DNA of 64,000 nt from Nymphaea colorata (Eukaryota), in assembly GCF_008831285.2 (NCBI RefSeq), contig NC_045138.2, positions 43,586,001-43,650,000 on the forward strand, written 5' to 3'. The stretch's first letter is position 1; every line of letters starts with the position of its first letter. The position numbers were made by a program, and so were the translations under genes. The notes beneath the pieces are model-generated. The model saw only the letters and a program-made list of their open reading frames with translations. It did not search any database and was not told where the DNA came from. This document shows positions 48,401 through 60,100 of the stretch, one piece after another.

Positions 48401-51400
48401 GCCGGAGTCCTTCTGTGCCTGAGCCTAGTCAGAGTAGTTCTTCAAATGTTGCCAAATCTAAGCTTTCCTCCGATCAAATCAAAGAACTGCAAGCGTATAT
48501 CAGCCGGCTGTCTACTACTCAGGAGGATACTTCCACGTCTGAGGGCGCTAAGTTAGCCCAAGCTCTCGTGGCCACTAGTGACCAAGGTAATTCCTCACAT
48601 GGTGATTGGATTGTTGACAGTGGCGCTACGCATCATATGACAGGGGACCCTAAGATGTTCCAAGAATACAAATTGTCTTCGGGGCAGCAACGTGTATCTA
48701 TGGCTGATGGTTCTTCTATCTCTGTGGCTGGAAAAGGAAGTTTGTCCTTGTTAAATAAATACTGTCTTCATAATGCTCTTCATGTTCCCAATATTCCTGT
48801 GAATTTGTTATCTGTCAGCAGCATTACTAAAGAACTCAACTGTAATCTGATCTTTTCTGCTGATCGGTGTTTTCTGCAGGACTTGGTGACGGGGCAGAAG
48901 ATTGGGATTGGTTCGGCTATTGATGGACTCTACAGACTGCCTGTGCAGGTTGCGTCCGCTCTTATTTCAGCCACTAGTGGACAGGTGTCAGGCATGGAAG
49001 ACAGATCTACTATTATGCGATGGCACGAGTGGCTTGGTCATCTTCCGTTTCCATTGATTAAGAAGTTGTTTCCTAGTTTGTTTCATTCTGTTTCCATGGA
49101 CTCCTTCACCTGTGAAGTGTGTCAGTTGGCTAAACATGTTAGGGCCTCGTACCCTATTTCATTCAATAAAACCACTCGTCCATTTGCTTTGGTTCACTCT
49201 GATGTTTGGGGTCCTTCGGGAGTACCCACTTGTCGTGGTTTTCATTACTTTATGACCCTTATTGATGATTACTCCCGTTGTACGTTCGTGTATCTGTTGA
49301 AAGAACGTAGTGAAGTTCCCGTTATTGTCAAAAATTTTGTGGCCTTTGTTGAGACTCAGTTTCAGACGTCTGTCCAAGCTTTTCGCACCGATAATGCTAG
49401 AGAGTATGTCTCTCAATCCCTAGATGATTTCTTGAAGAGCAAGGGTATTGTTCATGAAACGTCATGTAGTTACACACCTCCCCAAAATGGCGTGGCTGAA
49501 CGAAAGAATCGCCATTTGCTTGATGTTACCCGGGCTCTTCTGTTCCATCGACAGGTTCCCAAGCGCTACTGGGGTGATGCGCTTCTCACTAGTGCCCACC
49601 TTATCAACCGTATGCCTACCCGTGTGTTGCAGGGCCATTCCCCGTACTCTATGCTTTGGCCTACTCAGAATCCCTGGCCTCTTACTCCTCGGGTGTTCGG
49701 GTGTGTCTGTTTTGTTCATGACCATAGTCCCACCCTCAAGAAACTTGATCCTCGGTCTATCAAGGCTGTCTTCCTGGGGTATTCCTCCACTCAGAAGGGA
49801 TACAAATGTGTTGATCCTACCACCTCTAAAGTCTATGTTTCCCGGGACGTCACCTTCCATGAACATGAGGCATACTTTTAGGTGAATCCTCTTCAGGGGG
49901 AGTATCTAGGGCACAGTAGTGAAGAGTATTCCTCAAATCAGTTGATTCAGTTTACGGATTTCTTGGATTACAAGGCCAGTGACAGTGTGGCAGACACAGT
50001 CAGAGATGATAGAGACCGTCACATGGACGAGGGCCTTGTTGATAATCAGCCTACAGCCTGTGATCATTTGTTTGGCCAGGTGTACAGAAGGAAGAAGACA
50101 GATGTGATTGAAAATGTTGATGTAACCAATCCCAATCTTGTGAGTTCCGTGATTGAAAATGTTGATGTAACCAATCCCAATCCTGTGAGTTCCCCGGATG
50201 ACCAAAGTCTAATCAATGAAGAGCTTCCTATAGCCCTGCGCAAGGGCACCAGGTCTTGCACTTCTCATCCTATTCAGAGATTTGTCTCTTATGCGAAATT
50301 GAGTAAGAATTACAAATGCTTTATAACATCCTTGTCTAAGTCTGTTATTCCCAGGTGTGTGGAAGATGCTAGAGAGAATCCTAAATGGCTACAGGCCATG
50401 ACAGAGGAGATGAATGCCTTGGCAAAGAATGACACTTGAGAAGTTGTGGATATTCCCAAAGGGACTCATTTAGTTGGTTCAAAGTGGGTGTTCAATGTGA
50501 AGTACAAACCAGATGGTACTGTGGAAAAGTATAAGGCTCGGCTTGTTGCAAAGGGGTTCAGCCAGAAATATGGTATTGATTATCTTAAAACCTTTGCCCC
50601 TGTTGCCAAACTGAAAACTGTGAGGGTCATATTAGCACTTGCCGTGAAAAAGGGGTGGAGCATGGATCAACTTGATGTTAAGAACGCATTCTTGAATGGC
50701 CATCTAGAAGAAGAGGTCTATATGAGTATGCCTCCTGGATATGTTCAAAGCAGAAAATGCTGTCATCTCAAGAAAGCCTTGTATGGATTAAAGCAGTCTC
50801 CTAGAGCATGGTTTGAAAGACTGAGGATAATGATTAAGACAAATGGATACAAACAGGGAAATGGTGATCACACCCTATTCATTAAGCAGAGAGATGGCCT
50901 GGTGAGTCTTCTGCTTGTGTATGTTGATGATATGATAGTCACAGGTGACGATGAAGAAGAGAAAAAGAAGATGAAGGAGAGGTTAGCTGCTGAATTTGAT
51001 CTTAAAGATTTGGGTAAACTAAGGTACTTTCTGGGGATAGAGATTGCTCGGTCAGAGACAGGGCTGGTTATGAGCCAAAAGAAAATACACTCTGGATCTT
51101 CTAAAGGAGACAGGCAAACTTGGATGCAGACCCTTTCTAACTCCAATGGAGTCTGGTACAAAGATAAGCATCAAAACTGGCAACATCCTAGATGAGGAAG
51201 GAAAAGGGCGGTATCAGAGGCTGGTTGGTAAGCTCATCTATCTTACTCTTACTCATCCTGATATTACTTATGCTGTGAATGTGTTGAGTCAGTTTATGCA
51301 TGCTCCTACTGATTGTCACTGGAAGAGTGCAGAAAGAGTGTTGGGGTACCTAAAGAATGACCCAGGAAAAGGATTACTCTATACTCAGCAAGACCAACTT

Positions 51401-54123
51401 AATATTGAAGGATACTCTGACGCAGATTGGGCAGGATGTACTGATACTAGGAGGTCTACCACAGGGTACTGCATCTTTCTGGGGGTAACCTGGTTGTATG
51501 GAGAAGTAAAAGGCAGGAAGTTTGCTCTAGATCCAGTGCTGAGGCTGAATACAGGGCTGTGGCTATAGGAGTTACAGAAATGTTATGGTTAAAGATTCTC
51601 CTAGCAGATATTGGTGTTGAAACAGAAGAGAAGATGAGGATGTACTGCGACAACAAGTCTGCAATTAACCTTGCGAATAATCCCGTTCTGCATGACAGAA
51701 CTAAACATGTGGAGATTGATCGCCACTTCATACGGGAACGCATAGATTCAAAGGAGTTGATCCTACCTTATATGAAGTCTGAAGATCAAATTGCAGATGT
51801 TCTAACCAAAGCCTTATGTACATCTCAATTCGAGAAAAATGTAAGCAAGCTTGGCATGTTTGACATGTATGCCAAGCTTGAGGGGGAGTGTTAACATATC
51901 ATGTATAGGGAACCGGGTCTGGATCCAGACCCGGTCCCATGGGCACGGGTACCGAGAGTGGCTCGGTACCCTAGGCGGGTTTCCCTCTTATTTAATCCCA
52001 CTTATGGTGTAATTGTTGATTAAGTGGAATAACATTTTCTCTCTCCTAGGGTTGCGGTTTTGCCCCTAGGTTAGAGCTTCTCCGTGGTTTTTCACCTCTC
52101 TTTGAGGTTTTCCACGTATATTGTGTGTTCCTTTTCTTTCTCTCCATCTTGGTGTGTGTTTCTACAAAGATAAATTTCTTTAATTTGACACAATAAAATC
52201 TAAAAATGCTCTCTTTAAAATAGATATTTAGCTTTGTCAAATATATTTACCTTTACATAATGCTGTTTTTTTCAATAAAAACAAGAACATTCACCTTTTT
52301 CTTTATTCAGAATAAAATCATTAGGTTAGCAAGTTTTAGTTTAAAGAATGATTGAACAGAAGATATCTTTTTGAAATTCATGTTGGGAAAACCTTAAAAG
52401 AGACAAACCATGTGCATTCAAGTTCAACCTAAAAAGGCTTGGAGATATATACATATATAGTATTGGTTTTCTATACCGCACAACTGCACCTCATGTTTCT
52501 TGAAATAAAATCATGATATTAGGTCATGAAATCTTGATTCTGTTTAATCATAATGAGACACTATTTAGACTGTTATCTTGCACACATGGCAATAATAAAT
52601 TTTCACCATGCAAACATACATGTACATCTTTAGGCCTTCTTCGGGCATCCTCTCACACACAAATGCAGAACATTTAATATATGTGTGTTTGCATCCACAT
52701 GTTTATAATACATAAGATTCTCCTTAAATTGCTTCATATGCTCTCTTTGGCAAAGACTATAAATAAATTAGCATATAAATGTAGCCCTATTTATGTTAAA
52801 TGACAAAAAAAGCTGGACTCACTTGATTAATTGTTCTGTGCAAATGAATAGTGGAGGACTGCTCACAGTGGATACTGACAATGTCAGCACCAGCCTTCAC
52901 AAAATCTGGTACACGCTGCTCAGGCTCCACAATCATCTATTGGACATATAAGAGCAGCTGGCAATTAAATTCTATAAAAGGTCCTCATATTTGCTTCAAA
53001 AAGAAATCTCTTCAAAATTTTACTTTCTATCTAACATATGTGCAACATATAGGCCATAAAAGAATACACAGATACAAAATCTTACCAAATGCACATCCAG
53101 TGGCAGATCTGTCACAGGACGCAAGGCATCAACAACAAGTGGCCCAATGGTGATATTCGGTACGAAACGTCCATCCATCACATCAACATGAATCCAATCA
53201 CAACCTGCTTTTTCCACAGCTTTAACCTGCAAGTTGCTATATTCAGATTCACACTACCACAATCACCTTATGAAACATTTATCTTAATTATACAGGACAA
53301 AATTTGAGCATGGTTGTCCAACCATGAACATATTCTGTTGCCAGAGTTGTAAGTTAAATCATCAATACAACATTAAATGACATTTATGGTGATTTGCTGA
53401 TATAATAAGGTACAGGTTTTTTTAACCCTATGGTCACATGCCAATATAAGCTAACGTTTACATATGTATGCATTTTTTTCTCGAATTTTGTTCTCATGAA
53501 TATGGTACTAGCATAATAGCTTTTGACAAAATTAGGATTTTTCCATAAAGCATGAAAGTGGAAATGAAAAAAGGATTTTGTGCGTAAAGGATACAAAGTC
53601 ATTATGCTTTCTCATTTTGAAAGTAAGTGCGTAAAGTATTAGTGGTTGATGTAGCATGAAGTTCTATATTGCTTCAAATATGAAGATTTAGCAAATTGAT
53701 TGCTTATCGTATGTCTTATGATTAATTGCCAAAATTTCTTTTGGACTGATTTTGCGGATAGAGCCTATTTTGACAAAATTAAATCTCATCAAAATTTTAG
53801 TCAACAAGAAATATTATTAGGTTCTTAACCTTTTGCTTGAACCTTTTTTGTCTCAATGTCAACCAAATTTGGATTTATATTTTGGAAAAGAGAGGCAGAA
53901 AAAACCAGACTGCACCTTTTAGATGGCAAATATTTCAGATATGAGTTCACCATTACTTAGGTAAGTAAGAATAAGAGTTCAACACATAGTAGAAGTACAA
54001 TGTTAAAGGCAATTTTTTTCTTCTTTCAGGAACTTAAACATGAGATCACAGTGTTTTTTCTAGGTCCTCTAACCTCAGATATCAGAGTTACGACAGTTAC
54101 CTCATTTGCCCCATTATCAATGG

Positions 54124-54157
<34 letters not shown>

Positions 54158-57100
54158 AAGAAGAAACCTGTTCTCCCAACTTTGCAAAGTTAGCAGAAAG
54201 AATTGAAGGAGCCACCATAATGTCATTCTTTGAGCACTTATCCACTCTAGCCGAGGCCTTAACTACCAGTCTGGCTTTTCTGCTGATGATTAATGCATAG
54301 ATGGATTCAGTGAAAAATAGAATATGTGAAACATCAGAGAATGAAATAGTCATAGTAGTCATACTATGATAATGTCTTGAAAGGTGGCAAATATTATCAA
54401 AACATTTACCATGGAGCAGGCACTGGTTAACAAACAATATAAGCAGGAAATCAGCAGCCTTTCTCATGAAAATGGAATTCAATACATTAAACTCAAGATA
54501 TTGTCTATTCAAGTATAATAAACAGATAAGAGAGTAAACTCTGGAAAGGAGAGTGTGGACTTTCTAGGAAAGGTGACAACAAGGATGCATTACATGATGA
54601 TTAAAGTAAGCTTTACAATCACATCATACAAAACCAAATAATTTGATCCTTCTGGCAGAAAGAAACAAGAATAGAGAGGCTTGTGGTTTTTCCTGAGAAT
54701 TCAACAGGAAACTTGATATACACTAGAAGCAATAAACTCGATATCGTGGCAAAAAGCCATCTAAATAATTTGATCATTTGTGAATGCAAACTACCTATTT
54801 CCAACCTGTTAAGACTTTTTAAATCTCATAGAGATTTAAAAATTTGACTAAACTGCTGAAAACACATCCCACTATCATTATAGTAAAGAATAGGGTGCAC
54901 TTGCTGTAGAACATCCTGAGCATGGCAACAAAGAAAAAAGGACAGATCCATTCTTCTTCTTACATATGCAAATTGCTAAGGGTTGCATCTTACTGTACAT
55001 GCCTTTTGCTATATTCTTAAGCGGTATTCTAGTCCCTGTAACATACTTGTAACAGTAATAATGTATTAGAGACTTTTGTCTCAGCGTAGTTTTTTTCCTA
55101 GGGCTGAGAAAGATGCCCTCTATATTCTTCCTTGTAACTCTTTTTATTGCGTTAAACAAGAGAAACTTCATCTATCTCTTGGACTTCTACTTCCTTTCCT
55201 CACTCTCTTTCAGACCCCTGAAGTAAGAGAAGCAGATAGTTACTATAAGGCTTCAAGTTGGAAAAGAAGTACATATGAGCTGAGGAGATTAGCAGGTGTA
55301 TTTGTGTTCTCCTCTTGAACGATCTGCACCAACCTCAAACATTGGGCTTGGGTTTTCCATGGTAGGAGTCACATGAACCTAGGTTGTATCAAGTTTCAAT
55401 GAGCCATAGAATTTCTAGAGCTTTATCCAACGTATGTCAGTGCGATAAATCTGGTCAGTCTGAGCTATATGGTCATTTTTTACTGACTATTTTTTTCTGG
55501 ACCAATCATTTTCAAGTGTTGCATCAAGAGAACTCATATTGGGGCTTAAATGCCAGCCTTTGGTCAAGCTTGTTCATTTCTTTTATGACATAAGTTGTGT
55601 TTTGTTGCGTAGAGAGGTGGAGAAGAGGGAGAAGAGGAGAACGTGAGGAAGGAGGAGAGAATAGGTAGCCTTCATCAATCTTTCGGCTGCTCCTTTTCAA
55701 TTAGACTAAATAAGGATTAGGGTTATGTTTAGCCCTTTACATAAATAGTCCAACAAAATTTTAAAAATTCAAAAAGCTACCTAATCTTAAATTCCAAAAT
55801 ACATAAAACTTTAAATACCAAAGCAGCACGTTTTCTCAACACTCCCTCTCAAGCTGGAGCATAGATGTCTATCATGCTCAACTTGCTACAACACTTCATG
55901 AAATTGGATATCGGAAGAGCTTTGATAAATATATCTGCAGGTTGGTCTTCTGAAGCAACATACTCAGTAAAAATAATCCCTGCTTGGACCAAGTCTCTAA
56001 TGTAATGACAATCAACTTTAATATGCTTAGTCCGTTCGTGGAAGACCGGATTATTTGCTATATAAGTAGCCGCTTTATTATCACATTGCATTTTTATAGG
56101 CAATTCTATCTGAATTCCAAGACCTTCTAGCATGGCTCTCACCCATGTGATTTCAATGGCTGTTTGGGCCATGGCTCGATATTCTGACTTTGCACTAGAT
56201 CAAGCAACAACAGCCTGCTTTTTACTTCTCCAAGAGACTAAGTTGCCACCAACAAAGATACAAAATCCCGTAGTGGACTTTCTGTCATCAATTGAGCCTG
56301 CATAATCTGCATCAAAATAAGGTTCTATCTGAAGTGAAGAGCTTCTTCTAAATAATAGACCCTTTCCAGGGGAGCCTTTTAGAAATTTCAATAATAACAT
56401 AGCTGCATCCCAATGAGCTTTTCTTTGTTTATCCATAAACTGGCTTAGTTTTCTCACAGCAAATGATATATTTATCATATACGTGAGTACGAGAATTCAT
56501 AAGAATAAATGCTGGTTTAGTTCCAGTCATTTGGAGCCAACCACATCACAGTGCATCGCTGGATCCACCAAATCCCAAGTCTCCCAAGAGAGAAGAGCAT
56601 CCATTTCCTCCTGCATGGCTTGCAGCCACCTTGAATCTAACAAGGCTTGATGGCTAACAAGGCTTGATGGTGAGATTGATGGTGAGAAGACGGGATGATG
56701 TGGCTAGACAAAGCTCTATCAAACTGCATCAAACTTGTACTCAAATGGTCAGTAGAGACAGAATTAGAAATCGCATGTAGTGTGCACTATCGCTTGCCCT
56801 TGCGAATAGCAATGGGGAGATCATCTGCAGTGTGATCATCATTGAAACCTGAGTCAGTCTTATCAGCGGAGCTTACCTCTTGAGAAGGCGCTGGTGGGCG
56901 GTTGAGAAAGGGACCCAGACGATGAGTGTAAACTAATGGAGGATCAAGGAAACGTTCACATGACATAGATTGAGATTGAGGGATCGACACAAGTGACACT
57001 GGTGGAATAGGAAGAGGAACCGGTATAAGCATCTCAGACGAAGAAGAAGTCGAAGGAGAAAAATAAGGACGAGATTCAAAGAATGTAACATCCGCACTAA

Positions 57101-60100
57101 TAATCTCTTTCTTGGTCTGGGGATCAAAGCACTTATATCCTTTTTGATTGGCAGAGTATCCAATGAATACACATTTGATGGCTTGGGCAGCAAGTTTGTT
57201 TTTGTCTGGGCTTAGGATGTGTGCAAAGCAGGTGCATCCAAACACTTTGGGAGGTATATGAAATAATGATCGATATGGATATAAAAGTTGAATGGGAATA
57301 CGTTCTTGGATGGCTGACGAGGGTAATCTATTAATGAGATAGCATGCGGTAAGAACGCATCACCCCAAAAAGAGGCAGGCATGTGTGAATGCAACATGAG
57401 GGTACGGGTCACATTTAGAAGTTGTCGATGTTTACGTTCGGCAACACCATTTTGTTGGGACGTGTGAGGACAAGTATATTGAGGTCGAATTCCATGATTG
57501 GCATAAAATTGAAGTAGCACGGATGATTTGAATTCAAGAGCATTATCAGTGCGAATATTTTTGACAATAAAACCAAACTGAGTTTTTATTTCTTTGACAA
57601 ATTTCGGAAGAATACATATGATTTCCAATCTTTCCCGTAACAAGAATACCCAACTGACTCTAGTAAAATCATCAACCAAAACAAGATAATACCGAAAACG
57701 TGAGTGAAAAGGAACCCGACTAGGACCCCACACATCCACATGAATGAGACCAAATGGACTTTGACTAGATGGACTCTGACTCGATGGAAAGCTGCTCTGT
57801 GTATGTTTGCCTAACTGGCAAGCATCACATAAGAAGGACTCTGATGCAGTAATACCTGGAAACATGCGACGAAGTTTAGACACTGATGGATGACCTAGTC
57901 TGAGATGCCACTGGAAAGAAGAAGTCTTCAAGGAGAATGATGATCCAGCAACATTTACTGGAACAGACAAGAAATAGAGACCCTCACGTTCATGGCCACC
58001 ACCAATCACCTTCCCAGTTAGTAAGTCCTGAAAAGAACATGAACCAGGGTCAAAAATGACTTTACACTATAAGTCAATAGCCAGCTGCTTAACAGATAAC
58101 AAATTAACAAGAAACTGAGGAATATAGAGCACGTGAGTAATAGTGTCTAAATGTGGGAGATAAATATCACCGCTGCCCAACACAGGAGATAGTTTGCCAT
58201 CAGCGAGTCTGACATGCTGTGGTGTAGAGAATCTGACTAAAGATGAAAAAATGTGTGATTGATTACAACAATGCCTGGAGGCACCAGAATCTATCATCCA
58301 CATCATATCTAGGCCATCGGTAGGAGCACCAAAAGAGAAGGCTGAGTCTATTCCAGTAGTATTGGCATATGAGAAGGAATTTCCAGTCATCTTGTAGTCA
58401 TTGGAACTCTCGAACACATTACCATCAGCCATAGTAAAATTCCAATCAAAATTTTGGGCATAATATGTATGTACAGATGCAGCAGTCAACTTCAATCAAG
58501 AAATGTATCTTTACGGATCACAGAACTCCAAAAAAATAATAATAATAAGCAGTCCCAACAGTCCCAATGCCAACTGACCCACATGTGACTGCACACACCC
58601 CCAACAGTCCACAATTCTACTCCACCTGAATATTAGATGGCTGCTACAACAACACACTTAGTAACTCTGCACACAACTGACATATGTCTAGCAGTCTACC
58701 ATTCTGCTCCACATGAACTATGTGATAATCAGATCATGTCTTAATACCACCCACGTATGGCACACAATATATAGGAAGCAGCAGTCAGACACCACAGAAA
58801 AAAATCTCTACTATCCTCAAAGATTATACGAATATCACACGCTATGCAATAAGGGAGAATCTGTAATCACAGAAACTAACCAAATCTGAACCGTATAAAA
58901 GGGAGTAGATAACAGATTACAGAGATTTGAATCAATTGCTGCGGATGATAGCAGGCCCACGAACACAACTCCAAAAGACAGCTGCTGATCTCTGCTACTT
59001 ATGGCTGACTGTTGTTGTTGCCCCCCACATATGATCAGCGTAACATCATCCACGTCAAGTTGTTGCTAAAATAGCCTCCATGATCAGCAGATCATTTCTG
59101 CTCCACATGCCAAACTACACCCACAAACAGCAGCTAAAGCCTCCACGATCAGCAGGTTATTTATGCTCCACACGCCAATCAACAGCCTTCAAACAGCATG
59201 ACTCCACACACAACAGCAAAAGGGCAGCTCTGATATATAACTTCACAGATCTTCTTCTACAACAACAAAAAAAAACAAAAAAAATCAGATCTGTTTAGGG
59301 CAGATCTGATACAAGACTTCATAGATTTGCTTCCAACCAATCAGCAGAAAATCAGATCTGATCTTCCACGGCAGCAACGTCATCAAGGTTTCTCCATGTC
59401 TTCCACGGCAGCAACAACACAAGGGTGCTAATCACGTTTCTACATGTTAAACATGATTAGCCCCTTTCACCAAACAGATTACTTGCTTTTCTTGAAATCA
59501 GTAGAAAAAAAAATATAGACGTGAACCCTAACTTGGAGGAAGAGGCAAGAAATAAAAGAAGGAATGTGAAACCCTAGATAGCACAGTCCTAGGTCTAGGG
59601 CTCTGATACCATGTTACAGATTGCAGGAGACGAGAGAGAGATGTTGAGGAAAGGAGAGGACGAGAGAGAGAGAGAGATGAGCCAAAGAGATCATTCATTA
59701 ACGTAACCCTAATCTCCTTTTAAAGAGATTAGGGCTGGCAGTACAAAAACAGTCCAACTACTATAAGAAAGTATTTAAAGACCTCCTCTCTAACTTTCTA
59801 ATATTTCAAAAACACTCTTTAATAGAGAACTGGTTACTAGACAACCACACAAAACATTGGTGAGAAGCTCGCCGGAGGGGACATTGCCAAAGGAGAACCT
59901 GCTGGAGATGGTTGTAGAAGCAAGGAGGCATGTAAGTGCAAACACAGGCAAGGGTTTCAATTGATCCCTTAAGAATATCTTTTTCTAATAGAGAGGACAA
60001 TGGCCCGGTGCAACTGGCCTTAGTGGATGCTCATTGACCACGTCAAGTGTCGTGTTGAAGCCACACCAGCACCATCACCTGCAACATGTCAAGGCACGTG

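Noticed and set aside
1414..59611. Multiple TGGTATCAGAGC motifs as tRNA genes
   Set aside because: They are 12-nt primer-binding sites complementary to the tRNA-Met 3' end, adjacent to LTRs; no cloverleaf is present.
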